The notes below the pieces were generated by a model. It worked only from the letters and a program-made list of their open reading frames with translations, did not search any database and was not told where the DNA came from. DNA of 64,000 nt from assembly GCA_049795175.1 (NCBI GenBank), contig JBARDN010000252.1, positions 545-64,544 of the forward strand, read 5' to 3'. The position numbers and the translations under genes were made by a program. This document shows, one piece after another, positions 28,097 through 37,336 of the stretch (position 1 is its first letter; every line of letters begins with the position of its first letter). This stretch comes from Candidatus Binataceae bacterium (GTDB lineage Bacteria > Desulfobacterota > Binatia > Binatales > Binataceae).

Positions 28097-29614
28097 ATGC
28101 GCGCGAGAAGCCTGATGGTGATGGGTACCGCGTCGGATGTCGGCAAGAGCGTCGTTGTGACCGGGTTGTGCCGCGCATTCGCGCGCCGCGGCGTTCGTGT
28201 TGCACCATTCAAATCGCAGAATATGTCGAACAATGCCGCGGTATGCGCCGGCGGCGGCGAGATTGGCCGCGCGCAGGCGGTGCAGGCGATGGCCTGCGGA
28301 CTCGAGCCGTCGGTCGAGATGAATCCGATTCTGCTCAAGCCCGAAAGCGGCTTCGGATGTCAGGTCGTAATCGGCGGCAAGGCGCGCTTTCGTATCAACT
28401 CGTGGCAGGAGCATGAGCGATACCGCGAGCGTGCATGGCCGGAGATCGTGCACAGTTACAACTCGCTCGCCAAATCATTCGATCTGATCATCGTCGAGGG
28501 CGCAGGTGGCGCCGCGGAAATCAATTTGCGCGATCGGGATCTGGCTAACTGGGAGATCGCGGACCTCACGGACGCGGCGGTTCTGATAGTCGGCGATATC
28601 GACAAGGGCGGCGTGTTCGCGGCGCTGGTCGGAACCGTCGAGTTGCTGATCCCATCGGAACGGCAACGCGTTAAGGGATTTCTGATTAACAAGTTCCGCG
28701 GCGATCGCGCGCTGCTCGAACCCGGCCCCAGCTTACTCGAGCAGCGCACCGGAATTCCCGTGTTGGGGGTGCTCCCATACGAGCGCAATCTCGGCATCCC
28801 GCAGGAGGACTCCGCCTCACTCGAAACGCGCACGTCGGCTTCTGGAGCGGCTGAGGTCCGAATCGGCGTGGTGCGCTTGCCGGAGATATCCAACTATACC
28901 GACTTCGAGCCGCTCGCGAATGAGCCGGACGTCGCGGTTCACTATCTGAGCGATCCTGCGTCGGCCCCTGACGTTGACGTCCTGATTCTGCCCGGATCCA
29001 AGACCACGGTCGCCGATCTTAAGTGGCTGCGCGGCGCCGGATGGGAGGATTACCTCGTTCGTTGTCTCCGGCGCGGCGGCTTTGTGCTGGGAATCTGCGG
29101 CGGCTACCAGATGCTCGGACGCCGCATCGTCGATCGCGAGCATATCGAGAGCGACGAGGTTGAAACCGTCGGCCTGGGGCTGCTCGCTATCGAGACGATC
29201 TTTGCGCCTGAAAAGATCACCGATCGCGTAACTGCTATCCACCTGCCGACCGGCCTTTCAATCGACGGGTATGAAATCCACTGCGGACGGATAGAGGGCG
29301 TGACCGCCGCGAGCGCGCTGTTCAGGATCATCGGCCGCGGCCAAAACGCCGGGCAGGATTTCGACGGCGCACAGTCGGCTGACGGCAGAGTTATCGGAAC
29401 CGCAATTCACGGATTGTTTGACGCACCCGGTTTTCGGCGCTGGTTTATCGATATGGTGCGCAAGTCGCTCGGCCTCGGTCCTCTGGCTGAGTCCGCGCGG
29501 GTTGCTTCCACGCCGGATCACAGCGCGGCCTTCGACCGGCTCGCCGATCTGCTGGAAACTCACGCGGACATGCGCCGTGTCGCCGCACTCGTCGGCCTCA
29601 ACTGGGACGCCTGA
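28097..29614 (+). CDS. cobQ: Cobyric acid synthase CobQ/CbiP, 505 aa
   Basis: N-terminal VMGTASDVGKSVVVTGLCRAF P-loop domain and C-terminal GATase1 with ICGGYQMLG. ATG 28097; the track start 27977 is an upstream extension overlapping the ArsR-family gene. Confidence 0.85.
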   Translation: MRARSLMVMGTASDVGKSVVVTGLCRAFARRGVRVAPFKSQNMSNNAAVCAGGGEIGRAQAVQAMACGLEPSVEMNPILLKPESGFGCQVVIGGKARFRINSWQEHERYRERAWPEIVHSYNSLAKSFDLIIVEGAGGAAEINLRDRDLANWEIADLTDAAVLIVGDIDKGGVFAALVGTVELLIPSERQRVKGFLINKFRGDRALLEPGPSLLEQRTGIPVLGVLPYERNLGIPQEDSASLETRTSASGAAEVRIGVVRLPEISNYTDFEPLANEPDVAVHYLSDPASAPDVDVLILPGSKTTVADLKWLRGAGWEDYLVRCLRRGGFVLGICGGYQMLGRRIVDREHIESDEVETVGLGLLAIETIFAPEKITDRVTAIHLPTGLSIDGYEIHCGRIEGVTAASALFRIIGRGQNAGQDFDGAQSADGRVIGTAIHGLFDAPGFRRWFIDMVRKSLGLGPLAESARVASTPDHSAAFDRLADLLETHADMRRVAALVGLNWDA

Positions 29615-29689
29615 CCTCGTGATGGTGCATCGCGCCGTTGCAAGCGCGCGGAGATTCGACTACCGACTAGTCAGTTCCCCCGGCTGCCG

Positions 29690-30487
29690 ATGAGCGCCAT
29701 GGGGCGCGAGGACGATTCATCAATGCCATTTCTCGAACGCGACCACGGGGTGAAGATTTACTACGAAGAGCGCGGCGCGGGGCCTGCCGTGTTGCTCTCC
29801 CACGGCTACAGCGCGAGTGCGCGGATGTGGCGCGGACAGATGGATGCGCTGTCGGATCGCTATCATCTTATTGCGTGGGATATGCGCGGGCACGACCGTT
29901 CGGATTCCCCCGATGATCCCGCGCTGTATTCGCATCAGGCGGCCGTCGCCGACATGGCTGCCGTGCTCGACGCGTGCGGCGCGGAGCGTGCGGTAATAGG
30001 CGGGCTGTCGCTGGGCGGATTCATGTCGCTCGCGTTCCATCTGGCGCATCCGGAGCGGACGATCGCGCTGATGCTGTTCGACACGGGACCCGGCTACAAG
30101 AAAGACGGTCCGCGCCAGGAATGGAATCGCATGACCGACGCGACTGCGCGCAATTTCGAGCGCAACGGAATCGACGCGACGTCAGGCAGTCCTGAGACTC
30201 GCGTCGCACAGCATCGCAGCGCCCAGGGGCTCGCGCACGCGGCGCGCGGGATGCTGGCGCAGCGCGACGGCAGCGCGATCGAGTCGCTGCCGGAGATTCG
30301 CGTGCCGACGCTGGTCCTGGTCGGTGAGTCGGATGCGCGTTTTGTACCCTCCGCTGACTATATGGCCGCGAAAATTCCGGGCGCTGAAAAAGTCGTCCTC
30401 GCGGGCGCCGGGCATGCCGCCAATATCGATCAACCCGAGGCTTTTAATGCGGCAGTTAGCAAGTTTCTGAGTCGGGTGACGGCCTGA
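29690..30487 (+). CDS. Alpha/beta hydrolase fold protein, 265 aa
   Basis: …VLLSHGYSASARMWRGQ… and …GGLSLGGFMS… (GxSxG nucleophile elbow). Alternative start ATG 29723. Confidence 0.75.
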   Translation: MSAMGREDDSSMPFLERDHGVKIYYEERGAGPAVLLSHGYSASARMWRGQMDALSDRYHLIAWDMRGHDRSDSPDDPALYSHQAAVADMAAVLDACGAERAVIGGLSLGGFMSLAFHLAHPERTIALMLFDTGPGYKKDGPRQEWNRMTDATARNFERNGIDATSGSPETRVAQHRSAQGLAHAARGMLAQRDGSAIESLPEIRVPTLVLVGESDARFVPSADYMAAKIPGAEKVVLAGAGHAANIDQPEAFNAAVSKFLSRVTA

Positions 30488-30500
30488 CGCTGTCACCGGC

Positions 30501-30524
30501 CAGCGGCAGCGACCGCTGTTTGTC
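30501..30524 (+). terminator. Weak candidate intrinsic terminator after the hydrolase gene
   Basis: CAGCGG-cagcga-CCGCTG (6-bp GC stem, 6-nt loop) followed by TTTGTC, 14 nt after the stop. Short stem and poor U-tract. Confidence 0.2.
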
Positions 30525-30644
30525 AACGCCGACCACCGCTGTTCGGTATCGTCGCGCGCACGGGATATAGGCGCATTGCGTCGCGATATTCGCTAACATC
30601 GCGAGAAGCGATGCTACCCGTCCCTTCAGAGATCGAGAGGCGCT

Positions 30645-31796
30645 ATGCCGGCTGAGCGCAAGGCAGCCGACGCGGGCTTCGTCACCTTCGAATGGGGAAC
30701 AGACTCCTCGCTCACCGTTCATCTTGCGGGGCCGTGGCGGATGCGACATGGTCTGCCGACGTCGGATCTGCTGAATCGCGAACTGATGCGTGCGGGCGAG
30801 GTCCGGCGGGTCGTGTTCGAAGCCAGCGACCTGAAGGATTGGGACTCAGGCCTGTTGGTATACGTCACCCACGCGATCGAGATCTGCAAGGCGCGCAAAA
30901 TCGGCACCGACATCTCCGGCTTGCCGGCAGGAGTTAAGCGGCTAATCGATCTGGCCGAGGCAGTCCCCGAAAACAAGGACGCGGAGACCAAAATTGACGC
31001 GCGCCCGTTCGTTGAGCGGGTCGGCCGCTCGACGATCAATTATTTCGACGGCCTCGACGAGTTCGTGGCCTTTCTGGGTGCGCTCGCGATCGCGTTTGGC
31101 CGGCTAATCAGCGGGAAAGCGCGGTTTCGGCGCGTCGATCTGATGATCGAAATCCAGGACTGCGGCGCGCGCGCATTTGGAATCGTCACGCTGATCAGCT
31201 TCCTGGTCGGCGTGATTCTGGCCTTTATGGGCGCGGTGCAGTTACGGCAGTTCGGCGCCTCGATCTACGTCGCCGATCTGGTCGCGGTCGGGATGGTGCG
31301 CGACATGGGCGCGATGATGACCGCGATCATCATGGCAGGCCGCACCGGAGCCGCGTTCGCCGCGCAGCTCGGCTCGATGAAAGTCACCCAGGAGATCGAC
31401 GCGCTGACCACGATGGGGCTTGCGCCGATGGAGTTCCTGGTGTTGCCACGCGTGCTCGCGCTGGTCCTGATGATGCCGCTACTATGCGTGTACTCGGACA
31501 TGCTGGGAATTATTGGCGGAGCGGCGGTGGGAGCCGGGATGCTCAATATCTCGCCGGGCAGCTACATGCGCGAAACCATCGCCGCGATCCAGCTCGGCGG
31601 AGTCTTCGGAGGAATCTTCAAGGCCACGGTGTATGGAGCGATCATCGGGATCGCCGGTTGCCTGCGCGGATTCCAATGCGGGAGCAGTAGCTCGGCGGTC
31701 GGCGACGCGGCGACCAGTGCGGTCGTGACCGGGATCGTTTACGTCGTCGTGGCGTGCGGATTGTTTGCGGTGCTGTTTAACATTCTTGGAATCTAA
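30645..31796 (+). CDS. MlaE-family ABC transporter permease with N-terminal STAS-like domain, 383 aa
   Basis: A C-terminal region of about 260 aa with MlaE/YrbE-type TM helices (…EIDALTTMGLAPMEFLVLPRVLALVL…). The N-terminal 120 aa or so resemble a STAS/anti-sigma-antagonist fold. Confidence 0.78.
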   Translation: MPAERKAADAGFVTFEWGTDSSLTVHLAGPWRMRHGLPTSDLLNRELMRAGEVRRVVFEASDLKDWDSGLLVYVTHAIEICKARKIGTDISGLPAGVKRLIDLAEAVPENKDAETKIDARPFVERVGRSTINYFDGLDEFVAFLGALAIAFGRLISGKARFRRVDLMIEIQDCGARAFGIVTLISFLVGVILAFMGAVQLRQFGASIYVADLVAVGMVRDMGAMMTAIIMAGRTGAAFAAQLGSMKVTQEIDALTTMGLAPMEFLVLPRVLALVLMMPLLCVYSDMLGIIGGAAVGAGMLNISPGSYMRETIAAIQLGGVFGGIFKATVYGAIIGIAGCLRGFQCGSSSSAVGDAATSAVVTGIVYVVVACGLFAVLFNILGI

Positions 31797-31798
31797 AG

Positions 31799-32646
31799 TG
31801 GCGGAGAAACTTTTGGGCGAAACCCAGAGCATCCAGAGCGCGGGCCCGCGCGCAAAGTCGGCCGAGCCTGACATCGTCGTGCGCAACCTCACCATGGCGT
31901 ACGGCGATTTCGTCCTGATGCGAAATCTGAATTTCGTCGTCAAGCGCAGCGCGGTGTTCATCATCATGGGTGGCAGCGGATGCGGCAAAAGCACGCTGTT
32001 GCGCCATCTGCTGGGCCTCAAGGAACCCGCCACCGGAGAAATCCTCTATGGCGACTTGAATTTCACCCACGCCGGATCCGAGGCGCGCGAGCAGCAGCTT
32101 CGGCGTTTCGGCGTGCTCTACCAGGGCGGAGCGCTGTGGAGCTCGATGACGCTGGCGGAGAATATCGGATTGCCGCTCGAAGAGTTCACGGATCTGTCGG
32201 GCGCTGAAATTCGCGAAGTCGCCTCGCTTAAATTGGCGCTGGTCGGTTTAAAAGGTTTCGAGGACTACTACCCAAGTCAGATCAGCGGCGGGATGCAGAA
32301 GCGCGCAGGGCTGGCGCGCGCGATCGCGCTCGATCCGGAAATCCTGTTCTTCGACGAACCGTCGGCTGGCCTCGACCCCATAAGCTCGCGGCTGCTCGAC
32401 GAGCTGATCCTGGAAATCCGCGATTCGCTCGGCGCCACGGTTGTGGTGGTGACGCACGAGCTCGCGAGCATCTTCGCAATCGGCGACGACAGTATCTTTC
32501 TCGACGCCGACAGCCATACCGCGATTGTCCAGGGCAATCCGCGCGAGTTGCTCGAACACTCGACCGATCCTCGCGTGCGCCGCTTTCTGACCCGCGGCGC
32601 CGAAGGCGAACCGGAAACGCCGCAGGGGTCCAAGGCGGGAAAATAA
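31799..32646 (+). CDS. ABC transporter ATP-binding protein (MlaF-like)
   Basis: Walker A GGSGCGKST, ABC signature LSGGMQKRAGLARA, Walker B ILFFDEPSAGLD. GTG 31799 lies 2 nt after the permease stop. The track start 31765 overlaps the permease. Confidence 0.85.
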
Positions 32647-32650
32647 AGCG

Positions 32651-33640
32651 ATGGGCAAGAAAGTCAATCCAACCATGGTGGGGGTGTTCGTACTGGGTGC
32701 CCTGGCACTGGTTACGATCGGAATAATCGTGGTCGGCGGCAGCAATATCTTCCGCCGCTCGCATCGCTTCGTCCTCTACTTCAGCAGCGACGTCAACGGC
32801 CTGCGCGTCGGCGCCCCGGTCAAATTTCGCGGGGTCGAGATCGGTTCGGTGGTCGCGGTGATGCTGAGCCTGCCTGGAATGGAGGGCGGCCTTAGGCAGA
32901 ACAGCGCGCAGATCAGGATCCCGGTTGTGATCCAGCTCGACTCGGCCAAGCTGATAAGCCACGGCGCGGAAGTCAACCTGGAAGATCCGGAAGAGATGCA
33001 GCAAGCGATCGCGATGGGACTGCGCGGACAGCTCGCAACCGAGAGCCTGCTGACCGGTCTCCAGTACGTCGATCTGGATATGCATCCGCAGGATCCGGCC
33101 AAGTTCTTTCTCGGTAAGAACTCTCCCTACCCCGAAATTCCAACGCTGCCCAACACCTTCGAGCAGGCACAGATCGCGATCACCAAGGTGCTTGGCGTAC
33201 TCGAGCAAATCGATTTCAACAAGCTGGTCGGAGAAGTGTCCCGAACCTTGGAGGCGGTGACCAATCTCATGACCTCGCCCAAACTCGCCGCCTCGATCGA
33301 CGCGCTCAATCGCACCGCCAACAGCATGAACGCAAGCGCACAAAGCATCCAGCGCCTGTCCGATACGCTCAACCGAAAGATCAATCCTATTTCCAAGAGC
33401 CTGGTCGCGACCACCGATCAGGCGCGCGAAACGCTCAAGCAGACCCAGCTGACGCTGTCTGCGGTGCAGGCGTCGGTGGGACCGGGCTCGCCTGTCAACT
33501 ACGAGCTGACGCAGACGCTTCAGGACACCGCGCAGGCGGCGCGCTCGCTCAAGCAATTGACCGATTACCTGCAACGCAACCCGAGCTCGGTGTTACGCGG
33601 ACGCGCGCAACCGGAGGAATCGAAGGGGGACTTGAAATGA
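32651..33640 (+). CDS. MlaD/MCE-domain substrate-binding protein, 329 aa
   Basis: N-terminal TM anchor then the MCE domain (…YFSSDVNGLRVGAPVKFRGVEIGSV…). Long C-terminal helical region. Confidence 0.8.
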   Translation: MGKKVNPTMVGVFVLGALALVTIGIIVVGGSNIFRRSHRFVLYFSSDVNGLRVGAPVKFRGVEIGSVVAVMLSLPGMEGGLRQNSAQIRIPVVIQLDSAKLISHGAEVNLEDPEEMQQAIAMGLRGQLATESLLTGLQYVDLDMHPQDPAKFFLGKNSPYPEIPTLPNTFEQAQIAITKVLGVLEQIDFNKLVGEVSRTLEAVTNLMTSPKLAASIDALNRTANSMNASAQSIQRLSDTLNRKINPISKSLVATTDQARETLKQTQLTLSAVQASVGPGSPVNYELTQTLQDTAQAARSLKQLTDYLQRNPSSVLRGRAQPEESKGDLK

Positions 33641-34263
33641 AGCGCGCCGCGCAATTCGCCGCGATCGCAATTCTGGCCATCGCGGGCGCCGCGGCCGGCG
33701 GCTGCTCGCTCGGCCTGCAGCCGCGGCCCGACGAGTCAAAATTCTTCGTGCTCTCGCCCATCGCCGCCGCGCCTTCATCACCGTCGGCGGGCAGCATCGC
33801 GATGGTGATCGGAATTGGTCCGATCAAGCTGCCCGATTATCTCGAGCGCCAGGAAATCGTAACCCGCGTCGCGCCCAACCGGATGGTTCTGTCCGGGACC
33901 GACCGCTGGGCAGAAGGACTCGACGGCAACTTCACACAGGTGTTCGCGCAGGACTTGGGCGCGACGCTTGGCACTCAACGCATCGTGTTTTTTCCGTGGT
34001 ACCAAACCGCGACGATCGATTACCAGGTGCAGCTCGACATTTACCGCTTCGAGAGCGACGGCTCCGGCACCGTCACGCTTACCGCGCATTGGCAGATCCT
34101 CGATCGCCACGGCAAGATGCTCTACGTGACCGATTCGACCTTCACCACGACCGCCGCATCGGCAGGCACCACGGCCGTCGTGGCCGCGATGAGCACGGCG
34201 TTGGGCAACCTCGCACAGGAGATCGCATCGAAGATCGCATCAATGCCCGCACCGCGGAAATAG
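33637..34263 (+). CDS. ABC-type transport auxiliary lipoprotein (PF03886-like), 208 aa
   Basis: ATGA overlap with the MCE gene. Signal peptide with a lipobox-like AAGGCS. Position and size are typical of Mce-associated lipoproteins. Confidence 0.65.
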   Translation: MKRAAQFAAIAILAIAGAAAGGCSLGLQPRPDESKFFVLSPIAAAPSSPSAGSIAMVIGIGPIKLPDYLERQEIVTRVAPNRMVLSGTDRWAEGLDGNFTQVFAQDLGATLGTQRIVFFPWYQTATIDYQVQLDIYRFESDGSGTVTLTAHWQILDRHGKMLYVTDSTFTTTAASAGTTAVVAAMSTALGNLAQEIASKIASMPAPRK

Positions 34264-34283
34264 GCTCCGTCGGTGAGAACGAT

Positions 34284-34691
34284 ATGGCGCGGACGATCCA
34301 TCACATCGACTTGACCGCCACTGACCTCGCAGCGGCAAAGCGTTTCTATCAACCGGTGATGGAGCATCTCGGTTACAGGATGAGCAAAGACACCGCGCAG
34401 GAGCTCGGCTTCGATCCGGGCGACGACAATGCCGCCGGAATTTTTCTGCACGTGGCGGGATCGCAAAGGACTCAAAGAAAGCATGATCGCTATTCGCCGG
34501 GTCTGCACCATTTGGCATTCAGGGCTCACAGCCGAGCTGAGGTTGACAGTCTCTACGGGCTGCTGCAAAAAATCGGCGCCGTGATTCTTGACCCGCCAGC
34601 GCTGTATTACCCACCGAACTACTACGCAGTTTTCTTCGCCGATCCCGACGGACTGAAACTCGAATTCGTATTCAACCCGGGCGGTCATTAA
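34284..34691 (+). CDS. VOC (glyoxalase/bleomycin-resistance/dioxygenase) family protein, 135 aa
   Basis: MARTIHHIDLTATDLAAAKRFY…LHHLAF… is the VOC pattern. ATG 34284; the track ORF 33996 is an upstream extension. Confidence 0.7.
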   Translation: MARTIHHIDLTATDLAAAKRFYQPVMEHLGYRMSKDTAQELGFDPGDDNAAGIFLHVAGSQRTQRKHDRYSPGLHHLAFRAHSRAEVDSLYGLLQKIGAVILDPPALYYPPNYYAVFFADPDGLKLEFVFNPGGH

Positions 34692-34740
34692 GAGACAGGC
34701 GGCCCGCTGAAGATGACGCGGCCTTTCGTGAAGGTCAGGG

Positions 34741-35883
34741 TCAGGCGCGGTTCTTGATCGTCGTGGGCGCTGAGGTCGCCGCGCAGCATTCCACGGAGCC
34801 GAGGAGCGCCTCAGAGCCCGGGAAATATCTTGCTCGGGCCCATCGCGCGACGTCCACCAGCCCGATCATCACGGGAACTTCTATCAGCGGGCCGATCACG
34901 GCGGCGAACGCGGCTCCGCTTTCGATCCCGAAAGTCGCGACCGCCACCGCGATCGCCAACTCGAAATTGTTGGACGCTGCGGTGAACGACAGGGTCACCG
35001 TTTGCCGATAGCTTGCGCCTGCAAAGCGGCTCAGCGCGAATGACGCCGCGAACATGATCACAAAGTAGAGCAGCAACGGAACCGCGATACTGACCACGTC
35101 GAGGGGCAACCGCACAATCGCTGCGCCCTTGATCGAGAACATCACGACGATCGTGAAAAGCAGGAAGATGAGCGTAAGCGGACTTATCTTCGGCACGAAT
35201 CGTTCGCGGTACCACGTTTTGCCCTTGCGGCCGACCAGGATTTTCCAGCTCGCAAAACCTGCCACGAACGGAATGCCCAAATAGATGCCGACACTGGCGG
35301 CGATATCCGCCATCGTCACCTGCACCGCGACGGTGTGCAGGCCGAACCATCGCGGCACGATCGTCACGAACAGGAACGCATAGGCTGAGTAAAATAAAAC
35401 CTGAAAGATCGAATTGAAGGCGACCAGCCCGGCGCAGTAGTCCGAATCGCCCTCGGCCAGATCGTTCCACACGATCACCATCGCTATACACCGCGCGATG
35501 CCAATGAGAATCAGGCCGACCATGTATTCAGGCCGATCGCGCAGGAAAATCACCGCCAGCGCGAACATCAGCACCGGTCCGATGACCCAGTTCTGCACCA
35601 GCGAGAGTCCCAGGATCTTACGATCGCGAAACACCAACCACAGTTCGTCGTAATTCACCTTGGCCAGCGGCGGATACATCATCACGATGAGTCCGATGGC
35701 GATCGGAATCGACGTGGTTCCTATACTCATTCGGCCGAAGACCGTTTTGACCGCGGGAAACAGGTTGCCTGTCGCCACTCCCACCGCCATCGCCAGAAAA
35801 ATCCAGCCGGTAAGATAGCGATCGAGGAAGCTGAGGCGCCCGCGCGCGGAGGCGCTTGCACGGTTCGATTCTGGGATATTCAT
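34741..35883 (-). CDS. acr3: ACR3-family arsenite efflux transporter, 380 aa
   Basis: MNIPESN…[20 protein letters not shown]… and …MMYPPLAKV… match the ACR3 family. ATG 35883; the longer track ORF to 36135 overlaps arsC. Confidence 0.9.
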   Translation of the reverse strand: MNIPESNRASASARGRLSFLDRYLTGWIFLAMAVGVATGNLFPAVKTVFGRMSIGTTSIPIAIGLIVMMYPPLAKVNYDELWLVFRDRKILGLSLVQNWVIGPVLMFALAVIFLRDRPEYMVGLILIGIARCIAMVIVWNDLAEGDSDYCAGLVAFNSIFQVLFYSAYAFLFVTIVPRWFGLHTVAVQVTMADIAASVGIYLGIPFVAGFASWKILVGRKGKTWYRERFVPKISPLTLIFLLFTIVVMFSIKGAAIVRLPLDVVSIAVPLLLYFVIMFAASFALSRFAGASYRQTVTLSFTAASNNFELAIAVAVATFGIESGAAFAAVIGPLIEVPVMIGLVDVARWARARYFPGSEALLGSVECCAATSAPTTIKNRA

Positions 35884-35900
35884 GCTGGTTGTCACGACGG

Positions 35901-36428
35901 TTAGAGTTGCCCGATTTCCTTGAGCCGCCGCTCGAGCGCGAATCGATCGATTGAATCGAGCGGCAAGCTTGCGAAAATTTTCACGCGGTTGTCCAGCTCC
36001 GTATAAATTCGTAAAAAGAACCGGCGCCGTTCCTCTGTGCCGCCTGAGAACGCGGCAGGATCCGCCGCGCCCCAGTGCGCGGTGATCGGCTGCCCGGGCC
36101 ATAGAGGGCAAACCTCGCCCGCCGCCTGGTCGCACACGGTAAAGACGAAGTCAAGGCGCGGACTTCCCGGGCGCGCAAACTCGTCGCAGCTCTTGCTGCG
36201 CAGTCCGGCGGTGTCGTAATGAAGCGCGCGCAATATCTCCAACGTCATCGGATTAACCTGGCCGCTCGGATGACTCCCGGCGCTGTACGCAACGATCCGT
36301 CCCTGCCCCCATCGATTCATCGCGCACTCAGCCATGATGCTGCGCGCGGAATTGCCGGTGCATAGAAAGAGGACGTTGTAGATCCGATCCGCCACGCCTC
36401 GCCTCAAGCCTCGGGCTTTGCGCAGCAA
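35901..36428 (-). CDS. arsC: Arsenate reductase ArsC, LMW-PTP family, thioredoxin-coupled type
   Basis: CX5R P-loop [11 protein letters not shown] plus a downstream Cys pair (…[12 protein letters not shown]…) as in B. subtilis ArsC Cys10/82/89. The start may be the internal GTG at 36395, which would avoid overlap with the upstream gene. Confidence 0.85.
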   Translation of the reverse strand: MLRKARGLRRGVADRIYNVLFLCTGNSARSIMAECAMNRWGQGRIVAYSAGSHPSGQVNPMTLEILRALHYDTAGLRSKSCDEFARPGSPRLDFVFTVCDQAAGEVCPLWPGQPITAHWGAADPAAFSGGTEERRRFFLRIYTELDNRVKIFASLPLDSIDRFALERRLKEIGQL

Positions 36429-36904
36429 GCGGCCGCCGGTGTCGCGGCAATCTCAGCAGCGGGACTGGAGCAGCAGGCGCCCGAAGCCGCTGGGCTCCTC
36501 TCGGGCACGAGCCGCGTCGCGCGAATGTCTTCTCCATAGGTGGTATGTTCGCCGATCGTGAAGAACGTCTCCCAGGACAGTCCCTGCGGATCGGTCGCCC
36601 ACGCTTTGTCCGAGCGCGCGTAGCAGCACGCAGCGTCCTTCTGCTCGAGCACAGGACGCGCGGCGTCGGCAAGGCGCCCCGCTATCTCGCCCAGATCGTC
36701 CGACGACTCGACTTGGATGCCCAGATGATCCAGACCAGCGGTGCTACCGGTTTTCGATACAGCAAAGTTGATGCACGGATCTTCGAGCATCCACTTCGCG
36801 TAGTCGTCCTTGCGTACCGTGGGGCCGGTGCCGAACAGCGTCGAGTAAAAGCTGACGGAGTCCGCCAGATCAGCGACTGCGACATGCACGTGAAACCGCT
36901 TCAT
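36404..36904 (-). CDS. ArsI/CadI-like VOC-family protein (candidate organoarsenical C-As lyase), 166 aa
   Basis: MKRFHVHVAVADLADSVSFYSTLFG…HLGIQVES… is the VOC fold as in M. tuberculosis CadI. A vicinal Cys pair (AACCYAR) is at the position of the ArsI As(III)-binding Cys-Cys. The C-terminal tail is Cys-rich (GACCSS…[10 protein letters not shown]). ATGA overlap with arsR. Confidence 0.7.
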   Translation of the reverse strand: MKRFHVHVAVADLADSVSFYSTLFGTGPTVRKDDYAKWMLEDPCINFAVSKTGSTAGLDHLGIQVESSDDLGEIAGRLADAARPVLEQKDAACCYARSDKAWATDPQGLSWETFFTIGEHTTYGEDIRATRLVPERSPAASGACCSSPAAEIAATPAAACCAKPEA

Positions 36905-37275
36905 ATAGTGTTACTCCTTCGTTTGGGTCTCAAAGCTTTGGGTTCCGCGAGGCGCTCGGGCGCGCATTTGGCAGGCGCGCAGATTTCGGGCCGTCCCCCG
37001 CAACAGTTCTCGGTCAGGTACCCGAGCAGTTCGTTCATCGTCTGAAAATTGGCGCGGTAAACGATCGATCGACTCTCGCGGCGATGCGCCACCAGTCCGG
37101 CGAAGCGAAGCTGGTTTAAGTGAAACGAGAGCGTGGGCGGCGGGAGGCTTAGCCGCTCACCGATTTGGCCTGCCGCCATGCCGGCGGGCCCCTGCTGCAC
37201 CAGCAGACGAAAGATGTCGAGGCGGGTTTCCTGGGCGAGAGCGCCCAGTGCCGCGATCGCGACTGTTCGTTTCAT
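36901..37275 (-). CDS. arsR: ArsR family As(III)-responsive repressor with C-terminal Cys cluster, 124 aa
   Basis: Winged HTH (…QIGERLSLPPPTLSFHLNQLRFAGLV…). C-terminal …TENCCGGRPEICAPAKC… resembles the A. ferrooxidans-type ArsR C-terminal metalloid site. Confidence 0.85.
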   Translation of the reverse strand: MKRTVAIAALGALAQETRLDIFRLLVQQGPAGMAAGQIGERLSLPPPTLSFHLNQLRFAGLVAHRRESRSIVYRANFQTMNELLGYLTENCCGGRPEICAPAKCAPERLAEPKALRPKRRSNTI

Positions 37276-37296
37276 ATTTCCATCTATATGGAAATA
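37275..37296. promoter_or_regulatory. 9-4-9 palindrome TATTTCCAT-ctat-ATGGAAATA immediately upstream of arsR; candidate ArsR operator
   Basis: Read directly. Overlaps the last base of the arsR start codon and extends upstream. AT-rich inverted repeat. Confidence 0.5.
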
Positions 37297-37336
37297 TCAA
37301 AGTCTGTCAAACATGACCGCCCCGCGCCGACAGGCC

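Noticed and set aside
32282-33574. 430-aa minus-strand ORF antisense to the ABC ATPase and MCE genes
   Set aside because: Extremely Arg-rich (RRRGSESGAREDRSS…) shadow ORF. It spans two real plus-strand genes with an ATGA junction.
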